Origin: Botryllus schlosseri | Lineage: Eukaryota | Assembly (NCBI GenBank): GCA_051294905.1 | Contig: CM119384.1 | Location: 7,192,001 to 7,256,000 of the forward strand | Direction: 5' to 3' | DNA: 64,000 nt | Position numbers and translations under genes: made by a program | The notes under the pieces: generated by a model | What the model was told of the DNA's origin: nothing | The model's database searches: none | The model's input: the letters and a program-made list of their open reading frames with translations, nothing else | Shown here: positions 33,443 to 46,599 of the stretch, piece after piece | How positions within the stretch are numbered: position 1 is the stretch's first letter | Layout: every line of letters begins with the position of its first letter

Positions 33443-36418
33443 ATGGTTAGATTGAGTGTAGATCATAATCATCACACCCAGTCCAACTCTGCTGATATGA
33501 CGTGTAACAAGAAAGTTCATTGCCTGTTGAATCAAAGGCATATGTGTTCCTGTGAAGTTTGTATACACCGGTTATCAATGAACAAGTCAACTATCAACAG
33601 AAACGCTAACTGCGCCACCGTCTGGAGGATGTTGGAAGAAGAAATTGGAGATGAAAGAAAGGGCGATGTTCGGGATGAATATGAACCCCATCACAATGAA
33701 CACCCCCGAGGACAATTGTACCTGCCGATTTCTGTTTGCACCCAAGAACACATTCACCGTAAAAAATTTAAATTGATAAAGTTGATATCGTTGGGCTATG
33801 ACACTCAGTCGTCTGCTTTTGAGATTGCATCAACTCTGTTAGAAATATATTCCGAATTCATGAAGATGGTAGGCGAGTTGGCGCACTACGCCGCGTCACA
33901 ATGGGCCGACAAATGGTCCAGCTGGAGCAAAGCTCTCTTTCAAGGCGTGATATTCTACGAGCCGGTTTTGCATCAAGCGTTATCCGAAATTATAGTTCAA
34001 TTGAAAAAAGGTTCACGGGAGGGTCCGAAGTCCAAGGATTTCACGCAACTGCTGCAGCAATTTGTACATTTTTGTGACGAAATGTTACAACCGATTGAAA
34101 ACAAGCCATTACAGACCTTGATTAACGAGTGTTGGACCGATCATTCCACGGACCCAGAAAGACCGAATCGTTATTATCACTCTGTACCGCTCCACATGGA
34201 CGCGGCTTCAAACGAGCTGATTGCGCCGCCGAGTGGATACAACATTGTAACTCCGTTGCAAGGGGTTCCGTTACCAGTATTGTCGACGTCTGCTATACCC
34301 ACTCAAGACTGCACTAATTTGTTCGCGGAAATGCCTTTTGGCTCGTTTTCTTTTGCTCCGCAGGAGCATCAGAATTTCAGCTACTCCTTATCTCGACCGA
34401 ACCTTCTCAAGCACAACCCCATCACGTCGATGAAACACGTAGCAGCCATGATACACCCGCCCAGCATTCCGTCTGACGAATCTTCCATGGTGTCAAGCGA
34501 CGACGAAGTCCAAGTCACGTTGACGCATGATAATCTCCCGAGCGATTATTTCGGAGGCGATGACATGTCGAGTTCCACGAAAATTTTCAATCCTCTTGAC
34601 CATCGGTCGTTTCCGACAAGTCTAGGTGATCACAGCGTGATTTTTCACGAAGGTCAGGTGTTGTCGTCCGATAAAATACCGACGGACATGCGCGCTTTTC
34701 CTTTCGGAAAATTCAAGTGTGACAGAACGGCCGCCGCTGAGTCCTGCAAGAAATCAGAATCGGCGTATCAACAGCTGGATTTATCTGGCAGTCACATCAG
34801 CCCGACGTATCCGCCGAGGTTCGGTTTTTCTTCGCCTCAAATGCCACCTTTTATGACTCCGCCCGATTTTTCCGCACCCTCCATGCCGCTTTTTCCTCCC
34901 GCTACCGAAAATCCACTATGTTTCACATCGTCTCAGAAAGCGGCGGCCTCTCAAGAATTTATCAGTCAGAACAGCGGCGTGCTGAATTTGCTGGAAAAAG
35001 CGGCGGCACATCCCGCCATGTTTGGTAACCAGCCCAAGTTTCCGACGTTACGCAATTACACCGTTACCCCAACAACGACCACATCCACCAGCGTGCAAAA
35101 CAGGAAGAAACTAGTAGCCCACAGCAAGCTCCGGCACGGTCTGCAAGACAAGCAAACCGTCAAGGGCGACGGCGCCAAGTTGCAGCAGAATTTTTTGTGC
35201 CCAAATCATGCAGAGGGCTGTGTCGATTTCGGAAATTCCATCGCGACTAACCCACCGCATGAGCATCAGGAAGGCAGTAATGTAGACGGTAGTCCACAAC
35301 ACGAAACCGTCAAGTCGCAAGTTCCAGAAAATCACACTTTAATCAGCGACGCTCCTAACATGCCCACGGCCGGTATTTCGGATGAAACCTCAAACGATCC
35401 TTGTCATAAAGAATCGGATCCCTCCTCGTGTACTCGCGGCAGCGAATGTAAGATTACGGGTACTGGGGCTACTTTAGGTGGCGCCACAAAGTATTGCGAC
35501 TGTTGCTATTGCGAATTTTTCGGCAACGGCGGACCCACGGTGGCGCCGACGAGTAAAAACTACGCTGAAATGCGTGAAAGGTTACGGCAGAAATTGAAGC
35601 AGCGCAAGGATTACTCGCAAAACGGCAAGGCCGACTGTCACACGCACCACGGGAAGCCCGGGAACCATCACTATTCAGAGGAGCGACCGCTGGACGAAAT
35701 TCTGTCGTTCATCGAGGGGGATCAGGACCGGACGGGTTCCGGCGCGAGAAAGCCGCAAAAAAAGAACAAGGGGAAAGACGAAGAGAAAAAACGTGTCGAT
35801 AAACAGGATAACGTTGCTTCGGCGAAAAGCGAGATTCCGGCTGCGGTCGAAAAGACCGTTGTTCCGAGCGGTAATGCTAATAAACAAGTTCAAAACAAGA
35901 AAAAGAAAAAAAAGAAGAACTCGGAAGAGAGGAATTCCAGCCCAAACGCGACACCGGTCAATAGTACTGTGAAAAAAGATAATAACGCCGATGCCGCCAA
36001 AGGCAAGGTCGCGGATCACCCTGCTCCGTCCCACGCAAAGTCGAAAAACCATTCTAATCCCGCGGAGCTCAGAAACGGGCATGAATCGGGCGCACTCTCC
36101 AAATCTTCGCAGCCGGAGAAAAAGGCGAACGAAGAAACCAGCAACCGGAAAAACGATACGAAACGGAACACCGGCAACGCGGCCCGTGCGCAACAACAAC
36201 ACGCAGAGAAAAAGAACACGCAGTCGCACCATTCGGCGTCTTTCGACCACGTGTTTTTGCCGAAAGATGGGCGCGACGGGTCGGAAATGGACGACATCGA
36301 GAAGGAAATCGACAGCTTCAAGAGGTTCTGTCTCGACTCGCAGACGAAAGTCCGCGAAAAGAAGATCAAAGTGAATTGGAAGGACTTCTCCTTCAAGAAA
36401 GTGCACAGTTCCCATTAA
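33443..36418 (+). CDS. FAM193A: FAM193 family protein, single coding exon, about 990 aa
   Basis: YCDCCYCEFFGNGGP.VAPTSKNYAEMRERLR and the C-terminal VFLPKD...EMDDIEKEIDSFKRFCLDS...VNWKDF match FAM193. A splice acceptor lies at 33436, just before the ATG. Confidence 0.9.
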   Translation: MVRLSVDHNHHTQSNSADMTCNKKVHCLLNQRHMCSCEVCIHRLSMNKSTINRNANCATVWRMLEEEIGDERKGDVRDEYEPHHNEHPRGQLYLPISVCTQEHIHRKKFKLIKLISLGYDTQSSAFEIASTLLEIYSEFMKMVGELAHYAASQWADKWSSWSKALFQGVIFYEPVLHQALSEIIVQLKKGSREGPKSKDFTQLLQQFVHFCDEMLQPIENKPLQTLINECWTDHSTDPERPNRYYHSVPLHMDAASNELIAPPSGYNIVTPLQGVPLPVLSTSAIPTQDCTNLFAEMPFGSFSFAPQEHQNFSYSLSRPNLLKHNPITSMKHVAAMIHPPSIPSDESSMVSSDDEVQVTLTHDNLPSDYFGGDDMSSSTKIFNPLDHRSFPTSLGDHSVIFHEGQVLSSDKIPTDMRAFPFGKFKCDRTAAAESCKKSESAYQQLDLSGSHISPTYPPRFGFSSPQMPPFMTPPDFSAPSMPLFPPATENPLCFTSSQKAAASQEFISQNSGVLNLLEKAAAHPAMFGNQPKFPTLRNYTVTPTTTTSTSVQNRKKLVAHSKLRHGLQDKQTVKGDGAKLQQNFLCPNHAEGCVDFGNSIATNPPHEHQEGSNVDGSPQHETVKSQVPENHTLISDAPNMPTAGISDETSNDPCHKESDPSSCTRGSECKITGTGATLGGATKYCDCCYCEFFGNGGPTVAPTSKNYAEMRERLRQKLKQRKDYSQNGKADCHTHHGKPGNHHYSEERPLDEILSFIEGDQDRTGSGARKPQKKNKGKDEEKKRVDKQDNVASAKSEIPAAVEKTVVPSGNANKQVQNKKKKKKKNSEERNSSPNATPVNSTVKKDNNADAAKGKVADHPAPSHAKSKNHSNPAELRNGHESGALSKSSQPEKKANEETSNRKNDTKRNTGNAARAQQQHAEKKNTQSHHSASFDHVFLPKDGRDGSEMDDIEKEIDSFKRFCLDSQTKVREKKIKVNWKDFSFKKVHSSH

Positions 36419-37303
36419 TTCCGTTTCCCACGTACGCTGTTGAGTGATTTGCAACTCTGTGGGCTCGTATGCTTTTCCATTATCTTTGGCTACTTTTGTA
36501 GGGAAAGAACTAAATGACAGACTCTGCAGTTGTAAACTCGGAAAAGATCATGTGTACCGTAATATCAGAATAAAATCGGTGATATCAGGCTGTCGTTATA
36601 GAACTGAAAGCACTAACCTGTAAATGTCCTGACGGTCGCTGGTATGATCATTTCTTTTCTGAAAATCTTTTCAAGTTTACATGGTCTGTCATCTAGTGCT
36701 TGCCGTTTCTTGTTCTATTCTCTGTAGCTCTGTCTAAGATCTTCTGTAATGTCGCTTCTGGACTGCGACAATGTTTCATTCAAAAATTATGTTGGTAATT
36801 GTAGATATCTTGATATGTAGAACTTTACTAAATCTAGTTTGATCAGGATTGTGAAGTTGAATTCAAGTTTGTCCTCGTGTGGCTTTCTTTCGGAATTGTC
36901 GTTGATGTTTGTGTTACTTTCTTCTCAGCGTGAAGCTCATTTGCCGTATCTTGTTTCAGAAATGGGGCATAGCTATGTTATTCTTGTTTAGAAATGTTAT
37001 CGCTTTTGTTATGATGGCTGTGATTTGATGCGATGACTGTTGAGATGATGTGGCTGCTAGATTTCACGCATTGAGATCTTTTTCTGTGTCCTTGTTGATA
37101 TACCTCGTGGGATGAATGGTAGATCGATAGGCTGCCTGCAAATGTCATTGTCTCTTTTTAGTCCATCTGAGAATGTTGGCCTTCCGTTGTTTTAATAGAG
37201 TTTTATATTATGATATTAATGACTTTTAATTGCGCCTTGTGTATTTTAGCTCGGAGGTATTAGCCAAATATTGTGATGCCGAGAAATTGATTTTTTTTCC
37301 CTA

Positions 37304-40300
37304 ATGGAAAAAAGAGACAGCGTTGAGAGCACGGCAAAATCCATTTATGAAGGCAGTGGGGAAGACGCTTTGTACCAGACCACTCCTGGTATCGATGAAG
37401 CAATTTCACGGGCAGGCGAGATATTTTTAGAGAATGAAGTGAAATTTGTGCGGGCCAAGTCAAATGACTTTGTGGGATATACTGCCAAGGCACAGACCAC
37501 CATGGCTCACAACCGCAGCGATATAACATATTTACTCCAGACCAATGTGCTGCTTGTTGCTGTGCTGATCATCTGTTTCATTACACTTGCGTCCGTCTTC
37601 GCAATATGCTTTTGTATGATCAGGTGAGGAAAATTGGATTTGTGTGTTTCATTATATGAATTTGAAATGTGCATTAATTAGAAATGAAGACACTAGATTT
37701 TAGGAACTCAATTCCCTTGTATTTCATTTTGCACAATTTTACCTTTTAAAGCCAAATAAGTAAGTGTGCTTTGGTACCGCTTTTACAAATGATAATGTCA
37801 AAATCTCACAATGATAATTGATCATGATTGTGTTATTGTAATTTGTTTATTTGGAAAGCGTTCTCAATTATTCTAATTAGAACGATCCTGTGTTATGTAG
37901 TTGCTTGTTGCTCACAAGTATGTTACGCCTGCAGACTATACTATATTTTGACTTGGAGTTTTGGGTTATTCCTTAGCTATAATTATATCACATATTGCAA
38001 TGAATGAATTGAAGTTGATAGCATTGTGGACTTGCCAATCCTATTTGCCCTGCCCATCAGATCACTGACTATTCACATTAAACTCTGTAACCACTTATTG
38101 GTTTTTCATGTATACATATGTGTAGCCTACTTCCGGATAACTATACTAAAATACTATACCGTACCAATGTTACCCGCCACCAATCAATTACTAAACTGGT
38201 TTGCCTTTAAGTTGTTAATATTTGGTCAAAATGTGTAAAAAATCAACTCTTAAGATCATTGGTCATTCAAAATCATATGTGCCAATATTAAAAATGATTT
38301 ATTCACATCCCTCTGCTGTGATTTTGTTCTATTCATTGCTTTTCACACAGTCTTACAATATATACTTCATTTTAGAACTCAAATTGTAGTACGAACAACG
38401 AGCATATATATTCTGTATACCTTAGCCGTAATTATGCTACTAGCATTGATATATTTGTCATCATTGACCCATCTTTCGTAGAGAAGCTAAATCATTTTTT
38501 TAACCATGAGATACATGGATGGCACAATAGGCGTACTACTTCTACGTAGTCATTTCTGATATCATCTTAGGATATTTCCTAATCTCTAAGGGACAGATGA
38601 TCTGACAGTATCATCCGGTGTCTACTTGGTGACCTTAAATAACTTTTTGTATTTGTCTGCTTTATCGAAAGACTGGCTCAGTTTGTGCATGATTTGATGT
38701 CAGATGGAGATGAAAGTGTGGGAAAATTCTAATACTGTTGTGATTTGTTTAGCTAGATGGCTTTGACATATTATACTTATATATGTAGCTGGATTGATTT
38801 TTGAAAGGAAATGTACGAAATGTATACTATGGATGTCATTGCTTAGCCTGATTCATTCTCTCGTATCACAGTAAACATTTTGCGAACAAAATTACTTCCA
38901 TGAAAGTTTAAATGTGGAAAATTTGCTTACCAACAAGACTGTGATTGGTGTGGTTGTCAGCTACTGATAATTGGCTGGTTTAAAACCCACCCTCTGGGAT
39001 TTCTTCAAACAGATTACCTAAGGTCGTTGGATGTAATTTGCATGTAATTCTGATGTTCATACCCTATTTAAGATCCACGGTAAATGCATTGGATATGATT
39101 ATACTTACAAATATGCTCCCAGCTCCCCAATCTGACTCCTGAACTGGCACACGTATTGTGGAATGCTGTGATATCGTCGCAATTCAAGATTTAATTTTTG
39201 CAGGCGCTATTGCAAAAGACGCAGACATCCGCAAACAGTCGCAACAACTACCGCAATTTCAAAAGCCACATCGATAACAGGGTTGAATGTGGCACACCAA
39301 TATTACTCGACCAAAGTTGAGAAGAGAGACGATTATGCCCCCACTGTTGCGGTGCATAGTAGATGTGAGAAAGCAATTTCGGTTAGTAAGTGATTCCCTT
39401 TATTTCTACAATTGTGCTTGACAACAGCAAGTCTTGAAAGGTGGCGTGTTTAAATTGGGTTGACAATTGTGCCTTTGCGGTTCGGACTCCTAAAACCAAA
39501 TTCAGTCACAATATAATGAGCAAGTCCCCTTTATCGATTCTGTCCTGGGATGCTTACTGGGGTCATCTAAGAGCTGATAAAAGTAGGTTGAATACGCGCT
39601 CATGATTAGCCAGTACAGGACTTTACCATGACGGTACCTCTCTGGGTCTTTCCTATGACTTACCTATATAAAAAATTCCTGTATTTTCCGAGAGGGGTGC
39701 CGTAAGGAATTCCTGGGTTCACATTGAGCAGATCAGCTTTGGAGCTATTGAACGCTCAATTTGTAGACTTCACTTAGGCACTGATCAGTTACACTGTGAC
39801 ATTATAATAGGCAACGCTATTTCGTGCAGGCCATGGATCTTGTTTTGTTGAAAATGATTTTTGGTGCATTCTCGGTAATCTAGCGTTTGCCGGTTCTCCA
39901 CACAATGCCATACTTGGGATCTGCGTGAAATGGCTTGAGAGAATGTCGCTAGCGCAATTAATGTTTATGAATGGCGTTGAAGAGTCTGCAGACTAGAGCC
40001 GCTCGCAAAAGAAGTCGTATCATTGAAAAACGTGCCATATCCTAACGATTGATGCCTGGGTAGATGCTAATTCCACAAGACTTGAAATGCCACAAGTGCA
40101 CGAGTGAGGGACACAAAATAGTCCGTCATATCAAAAAGAGTACTGATACTGAAGAAACTTTACGAGTCGTAAAACCGTGAACACTATACACTTCAGCAGA
40201 TTTACAGTAAAATGTTGGCATGTTAGAGTCGCAGTTGACTGTCTTGATAACACGATCTAATAATATATCGAAATATACCTGAATATTTCCGACTGACACT

Positions 40301-43300
40301 CGTCAGGGGGCAGGGGCAATCGTCAAGTAGGGAATTGCAAAGAACATTGTATATCAACTTCAACAACCATATCGGCAGTCTTGTGTTTGTCCATTAAAAA
40401 CGTCGTTGGCACACCAAACAATGTCATTATGACAAGCCAGACGAGTTTTTTTTATTATAGCTGTTCATCACATTAACCGTCAGGGGTCACAGAATAAAAA
40501 AATGGACTACGAGCGAAAAAATTTGGAAGCCATGGTGTATTATTGTGCATTACTAGTTAACCATGTGACGTGGTAACAGCATATTGATCCATTATATCAG
40601 TCTTGGACTAGTAAGCCCATCGATGAATCAAAGGTGGTGACATTTCACGAATTGCAACTATAGATTTGAAGTTGATAAATTTTGTAGTTTCATAATTTAG
40701 GTATCCTTGTCGGCGAATTTCTAACATTCCGATTTGCAGTGCAGAATCGAGTTGTTGCAAATTACCACCTTGTGATCATAGTTATGTACTTCGAGGCACT
40801 TGCTGCATGCTTGTCTACCATTTTATGCTGCGTGAAATTGTTTTGAACTGCTTTCAAGTTACAAATACTGATCGCCGCGGCAAAGGGGGCCTTCGCCCTT
40901 CAGTCCGCTCTACAACTTGCAATCACGTAATCGGTGTTGATTGCCAGCATTTTGAAAGTAATGAAGCGTGTGCTCGAACAGCATGGCCGTGAACCTAAAC
41001 TATCACTCAACTTCCGTGCTTATATCACCATAGTGGCTATGTTGATTGTGTGAGTCGACCAGGCCCGATTTAACTTGTTGATGATGATATTGGGTCCTAG
41101 AATATTCATTGCAACTCTCAATAGTGTGCCATGAATTGATTTAGTAATGGACATGCCATCTGCTGTGCATGTTGTGCAAGTTCGCAGATTATTGATACTT
41201 CATTCTGGATCGCTTCACAATGGTTCTTATGCTGTGTCAGGATGAATAAAATTCAATTGACTTTAAATGTTATCAACAAGTCAAATGATAATCTATCATA
41301 AATAGGTTTTCGATAGCTACCATGAAAGTCACTCGCAATGGTGCTTCTGTAGAATCATGTCGAAAGCTTCATATCATTGTTCTATTAGCACTATGAATTT
41401 GGATTGGTATTTTCTTGCCTAAAATCTTTGCGTGTATAACTGTATTACAGCAGTGATACGCAGTGGTCATGTATCATCATTCAAAGTATGGTTGTATCAC
41501 AAGTCACCTGAAAAATCTCTACCAAAGGCTCATGCCATCTCATTTGAATTTTTCATACCAATCAAGTCAATAGCGCGTATCATGTATGAGATTTCATTGG
41601 AATACACTTTGTGTCATCAACTTTTGACAATAAAAAAGATCATACAATCGATGCTTTCAGTGTGAACTGGGCGCAAACAACCATTCTGTCGGCAATGATC
41701 ACTCAATCTTAACGAACACAAACACAGGAGAACCATCCGAACAGCCAAACTCTGAAAATGCACCGTCGATGTATTTTAAGGAGAGGAATATGTTCACGAG
41801 TACGCCCACTAGGAATCAGGTGTATTCTACTAATGGTAAGCATTGATTTACATTTTTGATGATTTTACTGGTCCGACTCGCAAGCGATGAAAAACTAATG
41901 ATTCCGTCCAGTGACCAAAACTGAGTTTGACGTGCCTAGTTCAAGCTATCATGTTACTGGAATATAAAATATTAGTGTGACAATAGATATTAATGCGATT
42001 TTTACAATGTGACTGAAATCCATTGTTTTCCCTTATGCACCCAATGTTAATATATTATTGAATAGTAGTCTATATTCGTATTGAAATGAACCGGAATATT
42101 TTCAGCTGACACTCGTCATGGGTAATCATCAGCAATTAGTAGAGAATTGGAAAGAACATTGTCTATCAATAATCGTATCTCAAAATACGACGTCACCAGC
42201 ATGAAATTTCGAATAATATATTGCATAGTATATTGCAGGATGTGTTTAGCATATAGAATAAAGAGACACTTTGATGTTAGATAAAACAGTTAATAAGTGA
42301 GAGACCATTTCAGTTATGGATTCTGCTACATCGCAAAGCAAATGCAGCATAAGGCATTGATTCATCATACATCAGTTATTGCACATCGCTATTTTCATCT
42401 ACAAAAAAAATACGAGATGATAAAAAGTTGCATTACGTCTCGTATGGCATTTACAGTGAGAATTTTGAGCAAAAGATCTTCCCAAAATGTCTTAACCGTC
42501 AGATACGAAAAACTCGCAAGTTCCAGTTCCACACAGGAGCATTCATCCATCGAATTGGCTTCAGCACTGAACGATAGCAGTGGCAACCAGCAAGAGGACT
42601 CTGTCCAGCCTGTCGAAGATAATTCCGGTAACCAATTGATGTCATTTCTTGGCGTGAATTATCGCACACTAAATTGGTATTGCCGACCAGTATTTAACCG
42701 ACACTGTAGGACTATAGATAAATAACCTACGGATAGATACTCAACACCCGTCGTCACGCTGTCTTGCCCGGAGGAAATTTGTGCTCAGCAATCTGAACGC
42801 AGCAGAATTGCTAATCCCATAGCTGACGACCTGAACGCTCAAATTAAATAGAGTGGATCTTATTTGAAAGGTACTGTCGCGTTGATTCTGAAAATATTAC
42901 ATTAAAAGTTCATTAAGGGAATGGCACCAGCTCGAAATAGCCTTCAAAGCAGTGTTGGGATGACTCGAGTCATGACTTGACTCGAGTCAGACTCGAGTCA
43001 ACTTTTTCGTATGACTTGACTTGACTCGAGTCACTTCGGAAAAATGACTTGACTTGACATGACTCGGAGCTTCAAAAATGTGCATTGACTCGTGACTCGG
43101 AGCAAAATTTACAAGTCAATTTCAAGTCATTAACTAAGCGGTGTCGAATAAATCACTGTATCTTGTTGATGTTCGGATTGTTCGAGATACGCCGGTGTCA
43201 CTTGTGAGAACAACCAGTCATTCACTGATTGTAAGTTACAAGGTTCCTCCATTGTTCGATCACAAATAAATTGACCGCAATGTAGAAAATTATTCTAAAT

Positions 43301-45297
43301 ATCAATGTGTCTCTGTTTCTTAGACGGCCCAATGCTTACATTGCCCAGTGCTTACATTTACCAATTCTCTTGTATGATTTAAATCGAACGAATACTGGGT
43401 GCGTTTATATTCTCATGGAAGTGTAGATAAGTAGTGTAGGCTATTGTACCATATCAATTTGTTTCAACTTCTCGAAGCTTCGTATTAGGTCCTATATTTT
43501 GACTGATAAGAACTGACTGTAGTATGGAGCTGTACAGTTACTCACGTACTTTATTAGCAGTTCTACGTGTGCGTGAGGGTTATACCGTCTTTTTGCATGC
43601 ATATTTAACGAGATATTCGTTATTCGATTAAGATAAATGATTAATTAATCTGTCTTTCACACAGCTAGCAAAATGTAATGACTTTGAATCATCACTCATA
43701 CTTCGAAAATTCAATTTGACTTGAATTGTGACTTGACTCGTGACTTGACTTGACTTGACTCGACTTGACTCGAGTCACCTCCAAAAAATGAGTGACTTGA
43801 CTTGACTCGAGTCACCTTTGAAAATCGATTGACTTGACTTGACTCGAGTCAAAATCTGCAATGACTCGAGATGACTCGTGACTCGAAGGTAGTGACTTGA
43901 TCCCAACACTGCTTCAAAGTCTGAAAATGGGCATTGTTGCTAACGATGGCAGAGACCAGAACAATGGACCTTGCATGGTTGCGATTGTTTACAACAATGC
44001 AGATTTTCAGACTTTGAGGTGAATTTTGAGTGGGTTCAGCTGCCCTGATCAGATTTTAATGTATATTTTCGAAATCAGTGCGACAGTAGCTTTCAAATAA
44101 GATCAACATTATTCAATTTGAGCGCTCAGGTCATCAGCTATGAGATTAGCAGTTATGCTGCGTTCAGATTGCTGAGCAGTAATTTCCTTCGAGCAAGCAA
44201 GCGTGACGACGGGTGTTGCGTATCTATCCGTAAGTTAGTTATCTATAGTAGGACTATTAATTCCAATTCCAATTTGACATTATAATAGAATATATCAATC
44301 AACGAAATCGCATTAAAAAGAGAAACATCTGCCAAAATCGAGTTTGTGGTTTCGACAGGACTTAGCCTTTTAGAAACTTCAATAGAACTGTACCAGAAGT
44401 AACCGTACTAACAGCTCTGTAGTATCAAAAAGACAGTCTCAGCAAATTTCTCATTAAATTCAAGTTACAAACGTTTGTTTTGAGTTGCATGCTTTTGTCG
44501 TAATTTGATTTGTGCAAGTTTACTGGTCCCAAAATTAGTTTTGAAATTTTACCTGTCAGTTCGCAAGCTGAAAAGTTTGGCGTAACATGTTCCGAATCTC
44601 TGTGTGTATTTTTCATTCAGGAGTGAAATACTCTAGGTGCTTCCAGAAAGTACGATGCAAATATCTGCAAGCTGCTGGTTTTGTCAGGTAATAAGTGTCA
44701 TGCTCTATCCGATTCTTTTCAGAGAACGCTGTTCCGACGCAGCAGCTGACCCACGGCCATCAATCCATCTCGTGGTTCGTGCCACTGAACGGATCACAGA
44801 ACGAGCCGCTTCGTCATTCCATTATAGAGACTACTCGTAATGATGCGAGTACCAAGGTCTGATAATAATCCCGTTCCTGTGTAAACATATTATATAAACA
44901 AGAAGCTTTTTGGCAATTGGCCGCACAGGACAATGATGGTACAGCTTCAGATAAAAACAGTGACAAGACAAGACTCGGCAAAGATAAACACGTTCTATTA
45001 TGTGAATTGCATGAAGACAATGTTGCGGCACTCACGTCGAGGTCAAGCTCCTGTAAGTCTGATGGCACCGCGGAAGACATTCCGCTAATGGAAAAATGTT
45101 CTAATCTGTCCAATTCAGCACCCGGCTCTGTTGTCATAAAAAGGTCTCGATTGACTTCGGCGTTATCGGAGGACCGGGGATTTTCTGATTCAACAATATG
45201 TTGCCCGCGATCTCAGTCCTTTTCGCCCGATTATTCGAATGCTTGGAAGCAGAGGGAGGATAGGCCCGTTTTATTTTTAGGCACAGGAGTCAAGTAG
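37304..45297 (+). CDS. Uncharacterised single-pass membrane protein, 6 exons, 448 aa
   Basis: Exons 37304-37623, 39204-39381, 41661-41835, 42457-42627, 44723-44856 and 44929-45297 all join in phase. TM VLLVAVLIICFITLASVFAICFCMI is followed by RRYCKRRR and a long low-complexity tail. Confidence 0.75.
40270..40365 (-). mobile_element. Degenerate PLE 3' end with a mutated hammerhead
   Basis: Homologous to about 25170-25260; GAAA is changed to GGAA. Confidence 0.6.
42065..42215 (-). mobile_element. Degenerate PLE 3' end with a mutated hammerhead
   Basis: Homologous to about 25130-25280; CTGACGA is changed to ATGACGA. Confidence 0.65.
42713..44247. mobile_element. Non-autonomous P-superfamily element with long TIRs
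   Basis: Ends TATAGA / TCTATA, roughly 190-bp imperfect inverted arms, perfect 7-bp TSD GTAGGAC (42706-42712, 44248-44254). Confidence 0.85.
42950..43911. mobile_element. hAT-type MITE rich in GACTCGAGTC/TGACT, nested in the P-type element
   Basis: TIR CAGTGTTGGGAT / ATCCCAACACTG; perfect 8-bp TSD CTTCAAAG. Confidence 0.9.
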
Positions 45298-46599
45298 CAT
45301 CCAAACTCAACAGTGTATTGTAACGCATGTCCGCAATATGATAATGAATCATAGAGGCAAATGATGAATTCTTGTATCATTTTCATCTTTGATTCTATTG
45401 TAGTTACGTGGACACAATATTCTTCCGAGCTGATAGTTTCTTATTGCAGTTTTCACTACCTTATTTGAAATGTTTCCATGTTTTGCATCCTTGTTTATTT
45501 CGAAATTGTCCTGCTCGTTTAGACACCGTGATTGCGTAGGAGCAATGAATGCTTTCTGCGTCTCGTTTCTCTGGCAGTGTTGCCCTAATAATAGTGGAGA
45601 CGAGAGAGTCGTCGCACTTCCATTCAACTTTTTTTCTGTGAGGCGGCATTGCTGTCTCGAATGTGTCATGTTGTGAGGTAGTGATTGAGTTATCTGATCA
45701 AATAAGTGATTATGTAGTGCATTGAGCAAATAGTTCTAGATTTTTTCAATCATGTCTTTAGTATCCTGATTCCGAATTGTGTTCTTAATTTGTTGTAGTT
45801 TTAATTGATTAATGCAATAGAACAATTTAGTTGCAACCATTATTTTATTAAGTATAATCAAACTTTATGGTGTCCTTTGCAAATGCTGTGTTACCATGCC
45901 TGTATCGTATGCTGCCAGAATTCTTGTGTATTGTCTACATGAATGCAGCAGATATGCCAAGTTTGAACTTCGTGGAGGCTTGGGTAAATTTTTCACTGTT
46001 ACACAAAATATTTTAGGTGCATTCATTCTGTTTCTATAACAATCCACCACTGTGTTGTCTTTTCTGACGACTTATCTACCACCCTGGTTAACAGCAAGAC
46101 GTTTGACCACTTCATTTGACTCTCGGCAACATCACACAATGCTAAAATCAAAATCTACTTGCTTTTTTACAGTTCATAGTGAAATGGTACATGATGCATG
46201 TTTATCATCTCTTGACTTTACCTTCTGCTTTAACGCTTTAATATAGCTAGCCCTCTCCTTTGTTTTGTGATTGGCGACCGACTTGCCACAATCAATTTGT
46301 TGCAATTATACTCTTTTCCAGTGGCACAGTGTTTACAATGTCTGTTGCAAGCATGTCTCATGATTAACGTTTGTACATTTGTATGCTCAATGTTTTATGT
46401 TCAAGATACTGCATTTTACACCTGTGAAGATTTTACTGCATTTTACACCTGTTATGATAATACAAGTACTAAACGCAAAGAATTGTTTTCATGTGGCCAA
46501 AATAGTTCAATGACTACGTTAATGCAGAAGCAGAACACATTTTGAAGTTCACGAGGACTGATAGTAAACAACACCTAAACTCTGGATGCATAAAGTTTG

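Noticed and set aside
35675-36454. 259-aa and 126-aa antisense ORFs over FAM193
   Set aside because: GC-rich shadow frames with low-complexity translations.
39420-40250. Possible second GIY-YIG/retroelement remnant (FYIGKS on the minus strand)
   Set aside because: Too degenerate to support.
42950-43911. CRISPR-like repeat array
   Set aside because: Short irregular motifs without unique spacers, bounded by TIRs and a TSD in a eukaryotic intron; it is a MITE.
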